Of a DNA stretch of 29,388 nucleotides, positions 1-9,072 are shown one piece after another. The stretch is from a virus (taxonomy: Duplodnaviria > Caudoviricetes): the IMG/VR virus record IMGVR_UViG_3300025890_000097, positions 1-29,388 of that record, one strand, 5' to 3'. The notes under the pieces were generated by a model that was not told the origin of the DNA, searched no databases, and saw only the letters and a list, made by a program, of their open reading frames with translations. A program made the translations under genes and the position numbers. Position 1 is the first letter of the stretch; the number at the start of each line of letters is the position of its first letter.

Positions 1-3000
1 CTAACTTCTTCCAAGCCGATGGTCTTAATCGTAGGTCAGGTAGATTCGGTGGTTTTGATAGTGTTAATGAATTAGTAAGAAAACTACCAAGAGGTAAAGG
101 TAAATCATTAAGTAGATTTTTTGCTGAGATGGCTGAGACTGTCCAGACTCTTGATAACAAAGCTCAACGTAGTGAAGGCTTGTCTTTAATATTTAAAATC
201 TTTCAGCTTCAATCTGGTAAGACAAGACGTATGATGTCTGAGTATGAAAGGCTTACAGCATTTACTCATACTCCTGATTGGATGGGTGTTGGTAAAGGCC
301 CAACTCAAGAAGAATTACAACAGGCAGGTGAGATGCTTGCTTATGGTGCGCTGCTAAGAAAAGGTCAAAATGGAGACCAAGTTATCCAAGCCTTGGATAA
401 ACTAATGCAAGGTGCAGAATCTGGTAACCCACAAATAAATCCTGATGTTCGTCAGCAACTAGAAGAAATGGGTATGGTATCCCGTGAAGAGTTTGAAGCA
501 GGGTTTACTGTTCAAAATTCTATGGGCCAAGACATGCCTAAAACTTTTACTGTTACTGATAATACATGGCGTATTTATTCAGAGAACAGGTCTGCTGTAG
601 CACAGTCAGCTATTGATGTACTTCAAGCTAATATAGATGCAGTCCTTGGGCAACGAAAACAAGCACTAGAAAACTTTAAACAGTTCGTTGGTGTAACTGG
701 TAAGAGACCTACTGATGAAGACATCCAAATATTTGAGAGAATTATTGAGGAGTACTCTAATCTATATCAAGAAAACGCTGGAATAGACGGGCCTATTGAT
801 GCGTCTACAGAAAAAGCTAATAAGTTTTTATCACAAATTAATAGAGCATTATGGGAAGATAAAAAAGTAGATGATTGGTTTGGTAGAAGCACAGATGCTG
901 ATGGTAATCCAACTTTTGACCAAACTGCAGAATTTCAAACTGATAGATACAGAGATATTATAGCTGCTCTCCCACAACTAAGAGACTTACAGTTTAAAAA
1001 AGATGTTGCGTTCAATGCAACTAATGCTATCCAAAATTTATTTATATTAGACCAAAGAGCTATCAAAGCAGACTTTGATGCAAGAGCCACACTCGCACAA
1101 GGATATGTAAGATTTGCTAGACGAGGCAAATGGCAAACTCGTCTACAAGCATATGATGCAACTACAGGTCAGGCTATTAGGTTGGAAGAAACATACGCTG
1201 GTTCTATGCCATACTTTCAAACTGAGAGCGAACAAGATGCAAAAGATTTGGCAACAGACCTACAAGGTATGGTAGCTGATGATAAGTCTAGCCGAATCGT
1301 ATATAATATGCGTGACAGCGATGGACAAGCTCGTAAGGTAGTATTCCAAGCTCAGGTAGCCAAGGCTAGACAATCACAACCACTTACTGATTCTATGAAT
1401 CTTACAGAATTTATGAGTATTGTTCAGCGTTTGGATATTGGTCTTACACCACAAGAGCGACAGCGTATTGTCACAGCTCTTACTAATACTGAATCTACTG
1501 CACGAAAGAAAAGCCTCCAAAGAACAGGTAATCCCGGTTGGGATAAAGATGTTGTTAGAAGTAACGCAGAACACCTAGAAACACAGGCGCATGTAGCAGG
1601 TAAAATTACTTACTCATGGCAGCTAAATGATATTATGGCAGATGATGCTAAGTTTAGAGGTGACCCCAATAAACTACAGCAGTTAGAAGAAGCTACAACA
1701 CGAGGTACAGAAGCACAAAGAGAAGCAGCTAGAAAAGAATACGATGCTTATGCTTATCAGTACAGTTTCTCTGCTGATATAGGTGCTGCTCAAGCCAAAG
1801 ATAGAAATGGTAAAGCAATACCAAACGAAGGTCGTGGTGAAGACTATAGAGAAGAAGCTAAAAAATTATTATCTTTCTACGCAGAAGCAGCAAACATATC
1901 TAATTCTACAGAGGATATACTATCTGGCGAAATAGGATCTAGGTTTAAACTATATGCTGTATTACTACAACTTGGTGGTTCTATAGCAACTGCTGCTGTG
2001 AACATGATGTCCATGATTACACATACCATTCCTTATCTTGGTAGTTACAATCCAAACAGAGGCTATGGTGGTGGCTTTGGGTTTGCTAAATCTGCGGGTG
2101 CTATGAGTAGAGCTGCTTATAATGCAGGTAATGGTAAACTTGCTAACTATGACTATATGGTACGAGTAGCTAACCCGACTGGAGACCCTACACTACAGGC
2201 AGAGGCTGATAGATTACAGCAACAACATGGTCTATCTCCAGATGAAGCTGCTGCTATGTTAGATGCTACTGGTGCAGGTGTGCTTCAAGCTGCACAGTTC
2301 AACGCACTCGTAGGAACTTCAAGGGGTGGTAGGTCTAGTAATAATTTTAATGGTTTAATTAAAACATGGATGATTGCTTTTTCATACACAGAACAACTTA
2401 ACAGACGTTCTACATTCCTTGCATCATATAGACTAGAGCGAGAAAGAATACTTGCTGACAGTAGGTATGGAACTAATATCAATAACCTTCCGGTTGAAGA
2501 CCGAGCAGAGATACAGCTTCAAGCACAAGAGTTTGCAACGAAGGCAGTGAATACATCACAGGGTGAATACGCTATGTATAACAGACCCGAGATGGCTAGA
2601 GGAAACGTAGCACAGTATATCTTCATGTATAAACAGTTCGTCATTATTAGCGTACAGTTGATGAAAGGCATGGATAAGAAGGGCAGGTTAGCTATGCTGA
2701 CTATGTTGTTCTTAATGTCGGGTATGAAAGGACTACCATTTGCTGATGATATAATGGACTTGATTGATACGCTTGCTCAGAAGTTTGGCATTAAAATGAA
2801 AAGTATAGAGGAAGAAACTGCACGACTTGTTGATGCCTTTATCCCCGGCGCATCACCGATATTCATGCGAGGAGTTCTTGACAAGTATACTGGTGCAACG
2901 ATATCCACAAGGTTAGGCTTTGGTGATTTGATTCCGTTGTCGGGTGCTTTCAAAGCAAAGAGTCATGCAGGTGAATATTGGAGAGAAGCAGAGAACTTCT

Positions 3001-3596
3001 TTGGGCCAGTGTTCTCTGGGATGACAGGATTGTTTGGCACAGGAGCACAACTTCTCAGGTACGGAGCAGAGACTGTGGGCCTCAAGGATGACACGACACG
3101 ATTTACAGATATACTAAGAGATGTACCATCTTCTGCTGTAAGAGGTTTGGTCGATGGTATGACTTATCTACATGATGGGAAGATTACTAGAGCCGATGGT
3201 ACAGTCCTAGATAACGAGGTGGGTGTAGCAACTTCTGTATTTAGGATGTTAGGATTTTACCCATACCAAGTTATGGTACAGAACGATATCATTAGAATGA
3301 CAAAACAATCACAGGCTTATGTACAGGACATGAAGGCTCACTATCGTCAAGCATACATCAAGGCTAAGATGGAAGGTGATAGAGGAGAAGTTCGTAGAAT
3401 CTTAAACTTCGTAAAAGAATGGAACAGAGAAAATAAAGGAACAGAGTTTTACTTTAAAGACTTTGTTGCCTCATCAAACAAATCACTGAAGTCTGCTAAG
3501 AAGAACAGCATCAACAGGTACAAGAAGTTTGCACCAAAAACTATACGACCTACAGTAGACGAGTTGCTAGACATCTATGGAGTTGAAGCAAACTAA
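1..3596 (+). CDS. Large virion internal/ejection-type protein, 5'-truncated (PLxRFG-like large polyvalent protein)
   Basis: Frame is open from position 3, so the gene starts before the window (>1190 aa). GYVRFARRGKW resembles the PLxRFG motif. The C-terminal SQGEYAMYNRPEMARG..QYIFMYKQF resembles ends of phage internal virion proteins. Lies at the end of the late arm. Confidence 0.6.
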   Translation, partial: NFFQADGLNRRSGRFGGFDSVNELVRKLPRGKGKSLSRFFAEMAETVQTLDNKAQRSEGLSLIFKIFQLQSGKTRRMMSEYERLTAFTHTPDWMGVGKGPTQEELQQAGEMLAYGALLRKGQNGDQVIQALDKLMQGAESGNPQINPDVRQQLEEMGMVSREEFEAGFTVQNSMGQDMPKTFTVTDNTWRIYSENRSAVAQSAIDVLQANIDAVLGQRKQALENFKQFVGVTGKRPTDEDIQIFERIIEEYSNLYQENAGIDGPIDASTEKANKFLSQINRALWEDKKVDDWFGRSTDADGNPTFDQTAEFQTDRYRDIIAALPQLRDLQFKKDVAFNATNAIQNLFILDQRAIKADFDARATLAQGYVRFARRGKWQTRLQAYDATTGQAIRLEETYAGSMPYFQTESEQDAKDLATDLQGMVADDKSSRIVYNMRDSDGQARKVVFQAQVAKARQSQPLTDSMNLTEFMSIVQRLDIGLTPQERQRIVTALTNTESTARKKSLQRTGNPGWDKDVVRSNAEHLETQAHVAGKITYSWQLNDIMADDAKFRGDPNKLQQLEEATTRGTEAQREAARKEYDAYAYQYSFSADIGAAQAKDRNGKAIPNEGRGEDYREEAKKLLSFYAEAANISNSTEDILSGEIGSRFKLYAVLLQLGGSIATAAVNMMSMITHTIPYLGSYNPNRGYGGGFGFAKSAGAMSRAAYNAGNGKLANYDYMVRVANPTGDPTLQAEADRLQQQHGLSPDEAAAMLDATGAGVLQAAQFNALVGTSRGGRSSNNFNGLIKTWMIAFSYTEQLNRRSTFLASYRLERERILADSRYGTNINNLPVEDRAEIQLQAQEFATKAVNTSQGEYAMYNRPEMARGNVAQYIFMYKQFVIISVQLMKGMDKKGRLAMLTMLFLMSGMKGLPFADDIMDLIDTLAQKFGIKMKSIEEETARLVDAFIPGASPIFMRGVLDKYTGATISTRLGFGDLIPLSGAFKAKSHAGEYWREAENFFGPVFSGMTGLFGTGAQLLRYGAETVGLKDDTTRFTDILRDVPSSAVRGLVDGMTYLHDGKITRADGTVLDNEVGVATSVFRMLGFYPYQVMVQNDIIRMTKQSQAYVQDMKAHYRQAYIKAKMEGDRGEVRRILNFVKEWNRENKGTEFYFKDFVASSNKSLKSAKKNSINRYKKFAPKTIRPTVDELLDIYGVEAN

Positions 3597-3847
3597 TGTC
3601 TGAGGAAACCGAGATCGTAGACAATGGGATTGGTGAAGCAGAACGTATTGCTGTAGACTTTAATGAAGATGGAACACTAGGCAACATCACAATAGAAGAT
3701 ACACCCGAGGGTATGAGTGATGTCCAAGCAGGCATAGAATTTATCTACCATATGCGTGAACATCTCCTAGATATAGGGGTTGCAACTATATACTTTTTTT
3801 CTGTTTATGCTATATATTTGTGGATAACTAAGAAAATTAAGGGGTAG
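3596..3847 (+). CDS. Small hypothetical membrane protein
   Basis: TAATG overlap with upstream gene; acidic N-terminus and one C-terminal hydrophobic segment (IGVATIYFFSVYAIYLWI) followed by KKIK. Confidence 0.7.
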   Translation: MSEETEIVDNGIGEAERIAVDFNEDGTLGNITIEDTPEGMSDVQAGIEFIYHMREHLLDIGVATIYFFSVYAIYLWITKKIKG

Positions 3848-3852
3848 CTAGA

Positions 3853-4056
3853 CTACCTAGAAGGGTCTTCACCCCTCTGTACGGCGCTTAAAACGGCTTG
3901 TTTTTCTAGCATCTCCTTCCTTTTTGCCATAATTCTCTTTGAACTCATCAATGCTTTGTTTATACGATGTATTGTTTTAGGGTGTGCAAACTTGTATGGT
4001 GGCGTATCCAACCTAAGATATAAGTATCTACCATTAGGTAGTTTTATCTTCTTAAA
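3853..4056 (-). CDS. Open frame of 67 sense codons without a good start; possible +1 frameshift extension of the primase, or a small ORF
   Basis: FKKIKLPNGRYLYLRLDTPPYKFAHPKTIHRINKALMSSKRIMAKRKEMLEKQAVLSAVQRGEDPSR*; fills the gap between the convergent arms. Confidence 0.35.
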   Translation of the reverse strand, partial: FKKIKLPNGRYLYLRLDTPPYKFAHPKTIHRINKALMSSKRIMAKRKEMLEKQAVLSAVQRGEDPSR

Positions 4057-6907
4057 GTTCTGTATCTTTCACCACCTGCAACTGTCCGTATGATATATCG
4101 TCAGCTACTACATCTGCATTCTCAAGTAGGCTTTGGAATCTTGGATGCGTTAAGTTAAATCCTACAACATAAGTCTGTGCTAGTTTGATTGGTGTATCTT
4201 TACCAAGTGACGCTTTTTCAGATCTAGGTGTAGCCAACGCATTCTCTGAAACAAGTTCCTGTTTGAATGTTTTGTAGTCAGCTCCTCGCATAGACAACCA
4301 CTTTCTAAAGTGAGTACGATCTATCATCATTGTACCCTTATCAAAAACTTCGGCTGGAGACTTTCGGAATACATCTAATCTAATTCTTATGTCGCCTCTT
4401 GGTATCCTTGCAAAGTCGGGTTGTGCTTTCTGCCCTACTGTGTGCATGACAGTAACAGATGTATCAGCAGAATCAGCCATGTACTCTGCAACAAGATCAA
4501 AGCAATCAACTTGATTCTCTTGTACTGTCCTACGGATAGCACCTATTTGTGATAGTACCCATTCAGTAGCTTGAGTGTAGTCAAACTTAATCAGACCCCA
4601 TTCGCTAGCTAACTTCATACCTAAGTCTGCCAGTACAATAGATTGTTCCCAGTATCTTTCTTCGCCACTAAACTTAGCTTTATACTTCTTAGCAAAATTT
4701 TCTGATGCTTCTGCAATAGCAGATTGGATTCCTTCTTCACCCATTGACAACAAGTTTATAATAAATTTCTTACCTACAATCCCATAGTGAGAGTGGATAG
4801 CTTCATATATTTTTCTACCTGCTTCAGACCCTCGAGTAAATATAGGTGCAGATGGTACAGTAAGTTCTAGTAGACGAGCCATCTGTGCGTCTGTGTCCAG
4901 ACCAGATGCTATAAGTTTACTTTGTAGAGACTTGTTGGTGGATACTATTACTGGTGTTGCCCAAGTCTTAGCATCTCTTTCCTCTGCGTTACGATTGAGT
5001 CTAGCTTTATCTCTACCCTGTGATACCCAATAGCAGAAGTCGCCGACCTCTTTATCCTGCATCATAGTTACTTCATCTATTGTTAGTGGTAGATTAGCAT
5101 ATGTACCAAGCCTTGCGAAAAGACTGTTCTGTGTGTACTTAGCCGCAAAGTGTAGCTTGTCGGGGTTACCATATATTGATTGCACCCAATACTGTGCTAG
5201 TGTTTTACCTCCACCTGTTGGCCCATATAGAGATACAGTCAATCCTTTGAGACCTGTAAAATTATATAGTGGTGCAGAGAAACCTACACCTAATGCAAAC
5301 ATATGAGATTTAAGATCAGCCTTTTCTAATACTGATGTTAGGTTTATCCACTGGTCTACATCACCCTTAGTGTTGTATAAGTCTGCACCTTGCTTTTGTA
5401 TACCCGATGCAAGACTAATTGATTCTTCTGTCACTCCTTCTGCTGTACGCTTTAGAAGTGTATCGCCTAAGACAAATGCCGCATTCTTTTCTTTCCAACC
5501 CATAGTTGAGTAGAGGTTAGTCATAGTACGAATCTGCCTCAACTCATCCATATAAGTTCTTAACATAAGTTGAAAATACTCCGTTTGTTTCTTGTTATAT
5601 AATACAATCCCTTGATCCGCTATAGCTGTAGAGAACTCACGATTGCCATCCGTTAGGTATGCTTGTCGTAGCACAAGGTCTTGCCACCCCATGTGTGGTC
5701 TATTCCAATGATATCTAACTGTCTCATACCCTAGTGATTCATCTAGTCCATAGCTGACTGGGTATATATCAAACTTACAAACATCTATATCTGTATCATC
5801 TATGGTAACTTTTATACCATCTTGTGTTCGCTTGAATGGTTTAGGTATTGGAATCTGATTAGCTTGAGAGTCGGGTGCTTCTGCTGATAGTGGTGCTTCT
5901 TGATACTGAACACCTAGTCTAGCAGGTGAGCCTATCTTCCCTTTGTATACACATCCTCTACACCCGTTCGGTCTGTCTATATCAAACTTACTACAAGTTG
6001 TTGGGCCAGTAGCAGAATCTTTCCAGTGATTGAGTTTGCTTATTGTAGAATGGTAATCAAACTTAGGATGCCTCTGACTCCACTCGACTGCTGTCTTCTC
6101 TGCATCATTACAGAAAGCCGCAACCCCTATAAGATCATACCATAGTGGTTCATCCACCTTGTCTTGATTATCTATCGCCCATTCTATCTGCTTACATTTA
6201 GATGCTACGATTGATCCAACTGCAAGTGGGAACTCCTGTTTAGATACTAAATTTTCTAACAACGTATTGTCACGAGTGTGACCTTCTTGCGCCCCGGGTG
6301 CGGCGTTGTAGAAATAAGATAGAGATTCTTTCAGACTAGAAACCTCTACAGGTTCTGCGTCTACTAAAAGTTTTACTTCGTTACCATTCTTAGGATTGTG
6401 TGTACCAACTGGTCTTAGTACCAACGCACTGTTGGCTGTAAGTCCTGCATCTATCTTAAACTCTTTATCCAAAGCCGCTTGTTTCATAGCATTGGCTAGG
6501 GGTTTCCACTCTTGTGGTTCTAATTCTTTTGTTAGTATCCAATACACATGCAACCCATTACCCGAATATATAATCATCGGCTTGGGTAATCGCATTGTGT
6601 CTACAAATTTACCTAGTGCTTGTAGTCCTTCCTTCCATGACGGATATGGTTTACCTTCACCACAATCTACGTCTATTGCTACAACCTTTGTGGCTCTAAC
6701 ATTATCTTGTTTTCTATTACCTTTAGCGTTGAAAGACGATATAGCAAAATAAGTATTGTTACCTGTACTATCCAATCTTTCACATGTCTGTGCAAGTTCT
6801 TCTACCGAATCAAAGAAACCCTGTTTACGACCATCTTGGTTGATCACAGTGGTTACATAAAAACCTTCTATCGGTAGGACTCGCTTGAGAAACTCTAGCG
6901 TGTTCAT
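4052..6907 (-). CDS. Primase-helicase: AEP/RepB-like primase + PriCT-like region + DUF927 + P-loop helicase
   Basis: AIDVD and SGNGLHVYW primase motifs; CSKF..CRGC cysteine cluster; Walker A GPTGGGKT and Walker B LTIDE; MGW..AFVLG DUF927-like segment. Confidence 0.85.
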   Translation of the reverse strand: MNTLEFLKRVLPIEGFYVTTVINQDGRKQGFFDSVEELAQTCERLDSTGNNTYFAISSFNAKGNRKQDNVRATKVVAIDVDCGEGKPYPSWKEGLQALGKFVDTMRLPKPMIIYSGNGLHVYWILTKELEPQEWKPLANAMKQAALDKEFKIDAGLTANSALVLRPVGTHNPKNGNEVKLLVDAEPVEVSSLKESLSYFYNAAPGAQEGHTRDNTLLENLVSKQEFPLAVGSIVASKCKQIEWAIDNQDKVDEPLWYDLIGVAAFCNDAEKTAVEWSQRHPKFDYHSTISKLNHWKDSATGPTTCSKFDIDRPNGCRGCVYKGKIGSPARLGVQYQEAPLSAEAPDSQANQIPIPKPFKRTQDGIKVTIDDTDIDVCKFDIYPVSYGLDESLGYETVRYHWNRPHMGWQDLVLRQAYLTDGNREFSTAIADQGIVLYNKKQTEYFQLMLRTYMDELRQIRTMTNLYSTMGWKEKNAAFVLGDTLLKRTAEGVTEESISLASGIQKQGADLYNTKGDVDQWINLTSVLEKADLKSHMFALGVGFSAPLYNFTGLKGLTVSLYGPTGGGKTLAQYWVQSIYGNPDKLHFAAKYTQNSLFARLGTYANLPLTIDEVTMMQDKEVGDFCYWVSQGRDKARLNRNAEERDAKTWATPVIVSTNKSLQSKLIASGLDTDAQMARLLELTVPSAPIFTRGSEAGRKIYEAIHSHYGIVGKKFIINLLSMGEEGIQSAIAEASENFAKKYKAKFSGEERYWEQSIVLADLGMKLASEWGLIKFDYTQATEWVLSQIGAIRRTVQENQVDCFDLVAEYMADSADTSVTVMHTVGQKAQPDFARIPRGDIRIRLDVFRKSPAEVFDKGTMMIDRTHFRKWLSMRGADYKTFKQELVSENALATPRSEKASLGKDTPIKLAQTYVVGFNLTHPRFQSLLENADVVADDISYGQLQVVKDTEL

Positions 6908-6925
6908 ATCTACCTACCTTTGTTA

Positions 6926-6954
6926 TAGGAGGGAGTCCTAAGACTCCACTCCTA
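6926..6954 (-). promoter_or_regulatory. Stable intergenic hairpin upstream of the primase RBS
   Basis: Minus strand TAGGAG-T-GGAGTC TTAG GACTCC-CTCCTA: 12-bp stem with 1-nt bulge and no U-tract. Confidence 0.6.
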
Positions 6955-6961
6955 ATTTATC

Positions 6962-7246
6962 TTACTCTGTTTTATTCATAACCTCAAGAAGCCTTTGGAA
7001 TCTATACTTCTGTTCCATCGCTATGACATCGGGTGCAGGCCACCCATCTGTCATTATATCAAGAAGTTCCTTGAGTGTGAGCCTTACTTTCTTATCATTG
7101 TTCTTGCGGATTTGGTTACCTTTCACCCATCCATAATAAGTCATACGAGACACACCAAGGAGTTCTGACATATTGCTTGTAGTTAAAAGCATATGCTTTC
7201 GTAAGGCTTCCACTTTCTTGAAATCAAGAGGTGGTATATTAGCCAT
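6962..7246 (-). CDS. HTH (XRE/Cro-like) DNA-binding protein
   Basis: LRKHMLLTTSNMSELLGVSRMTYYGWVKG HTH pattern; ATG at 7246 with AGGAG upstream. Confidence 0.8.
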   Translation of the reverse strand: MANIPPLDFKKVEALRKHMLLTTSNMSELLGVSRMTYYGWVKGNQIRKNNDKKVRLTLKELLDIMTDGWPAPDVIAMEQKYRFQRLLEVMNKTE

Positions 7247-7982
7247 TGTCAATGTCTCCTACTAGCTGTGCAATCTCTGCGGCTAGGTCATCAGCACCAC
7301 TGACAGTCTTCACTGCTTTTGGTTCTTCGACAGGCTTTGGTACTGCAACAGGTTTAACTTGCTCTACAGGTTTGATAGCTTGCACTACCTTTGGTGCGGT
7401 AGGAGCAGGTGCTTCCTCGACTGCAGCTGCAGCGGGAGTCGCTTCACTTGTGAAAACATCTTCCTCTACAGTGAATCCGTCTACCTCATCAAAGCCAAAC
7501 TTATTAGCACCACTCGCACCCTCAACATATTGGATAACTTGTACTGCTCTAAGTCTGATTGATACACCTGCACCGATCATAGCTGTATGAAAGAAAGCAC
7601 ATGAACCATTCACCTTAACTTCTGAGCCACCATAGATGTTAGACTTAGTCATCATGTTACCTTTGCTATCAAAGACAGCAGGTTTATATGCGGCTTTAGA
7701 TTTGAATTTAACAATCACATTACCTGTTGGATTGCCATCATCATCTAGTTCTTTACTGAATGGTAAAGGTGCTTGCTTGATTTCCATGTTAGGCTTGTCT
7801 TTCTTCAAAGCCTTAATGCCTTCAACTACAGTCTGCTTTATTAGTTCTATGACTGGTTGAGCCTCTGCCTCTGATAAACAAAGGTTAACTTTATAGTGTC
7901 CTTGCTCATCAAATTTAGTGTCGGGTGCGCTGATATACGGATAGTAAGCAACGCCTTTTGCGGTTGTAAAAGTTTTATTCAT
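7239..7982 (-). CDS. ssb: ssDNA-binding protein, T7 gp2.5-like, with long Ala/Pro/Val-rich tail
   Basis: FTTAKGVAYYPYISAPDTKF, YKVNL, IYGGSEVKV and GVSIRLRAVQVIQYVE match gp2.5-type OB-fold motifs; GGAGG RBS. Confidence 0.8.
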   Translation of the reverse strand: MNKTFTTAKGVAYYPYISAPDTKFDEQGHYKVNLCLSEAEAQPVIELIKQTVVEGIKALKKDKPNMEIKQAPLPFSKELDDDGNPTGNVIVKFKSKAAYKPAVFDSKGNMMTKSNIYGGSEVKVNGSCAFFHTAMIGAGVSIRLRAVQVIQYVEGASGANKFGFDEVDGFTVEEDVFTSEATPAAAAVEEAPAPTAPKVVQAIKPVEQVKPVAVPKPVEEPKAVKTVSGADDLAAEIAQLVGDIDNG

Positions 7983-7991
7983 CTGAACCTC

Positions 7992-8666
7992 CTAGGTTTC
8001 ATTAGTTAATATAAAGCCATCCTCTTCGACAAAACCGTACTCGTCTAGTGAATGGTCGGATTGTTGAGTTTCAACAGCAAGTTCTCCTGTAACAATCCTA
8101 GTCTGCTTAGTCCCCAAATGCTCATCGACATCCTTCTGATCTGTATCACTATTGAATCCACGAAAACTAAATCTTAGTTTCGGGAAAGCCGCTAGTGTAT
8201 CAAATGATATCCTTGTCCGTACTATCTCGGGTGCAATACCACGCATGGACAATTCTTTTTGATAGGCATTCAAGTTCTTCAAAGACGCAGGAGTAACTTG
8301 TAGTAAGTATGCTTCACTAAAGGGCCCATTAGCTAAGACAACTGCTAATCGTTTCTGATCAACGCAAGCCTTAACCTTGTTCCCTGTAGGTGTAGTCCTA
8401 GACCCCCAAGCATTTTGGGAGCAAGAAACACACATGTCATTCTGCATGGCATGACTGTTCTTACTTGGGTACATACCATCTAGTGAATAGCAATCGGGTG
8501 TGGATGATTGACTATCTTCAGACCACTCTTCAGCGTACCAAGACTTAGAAAGTTTTGGGTTAGCACCGACAATAACTACATCTATACTATCGTCTAGTGC
8601 AGTCTCCTCGTCTTTATTGACGATGCGGAATTGTGATCCTTTGATAGATATCTTTGGTGCAATCAT
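7992..8666 (-). CDS. Conserved phage replication-module protein, putative ssDNA-binding/annealing protein with 4 Cys
   Basis: PDCYSLDG..CVSCSQNAWGS..KAC..RLAVV..LQVTPASLKNL pattern; acidic C-terminus; TAATG coupling to the upstream gene. Confidence 0.5.
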   Translation of the reverse strand: MIAPKISIKGSQFRIVNKDEETALDDSIDVVIVGANPKLSKSWYAEEWSEDSQSSTPDCYSLDGMYPSKNSHAMQNDMCVSCSQNAWGSRTTPTGNKVKACVDQKRLAVVLANGPFSEAYLLQVTPASLKNLNAYQKELSMRGIAPEIVRTRISFDTLAAFPKLRFSFRGFNSDTDQKDVDEHLGTKQTRIVTGELAVETQQSDHSLDEYGFVEEDGFILTNET

Positions 8667-9070
8667 TAGTCGTCTGCCTTGTTGACAGGCTTACGAACAT
8701 TGACATCTATTCGTGTGCCATAATTAACACCATCGGGTACAGCTTTGTTGTGGTCAATATAACCACGCACTGCTGTCTTACTGACTCTTTTCTCTAGCAT
8801 ATCCCACGCTTCATTATCTTTTATGAAGTTCAAGACTGCATCCCAATCACCCACTTGGGCAAAGTCGGTAGTCGTTATGAACGCAGTACCAAAGGGTGTC
8901 TTCTTAGAAGTCTCCCCTTCTGCATCCATCTTTTCTTTTAGCCACGCTTCAAGTTTAAGAAGATTAGCTTTTATATCTGCAACCTTTTCTTTAGTCTCAG
9001 ATTCTATAGCCTCCTTCTGTCCTCTTAACTTGAGGTATGTGGCAATAACTTTATCTGTAGTTAGTTCCAT
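8666..9070 (-). CDS. Conserved phage hypothetical protein (coiled-coil N-terminus, possibly Gam/Gp157-like)
   Basis: Coiled-coil-like N-half; DWDAVLNFI..LEKRVSKTAV..VPDGV; RBS GAGGTAACT. Confidence 0.55.
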   Translation of the reverse strand: MELTTDKVIATYLKLRGQKEAIESETKEKVADIKANLLKLEAWLKEKMDAEGETSKKTPFGTAFITTTDFAQVGDWDAVLNFIKDNEAWDMLEKRVSKTAVRGYIDHNKAVPDGVNYGTRIDVNVRKPVNKADD

Positions 9071-9072
9071 AG

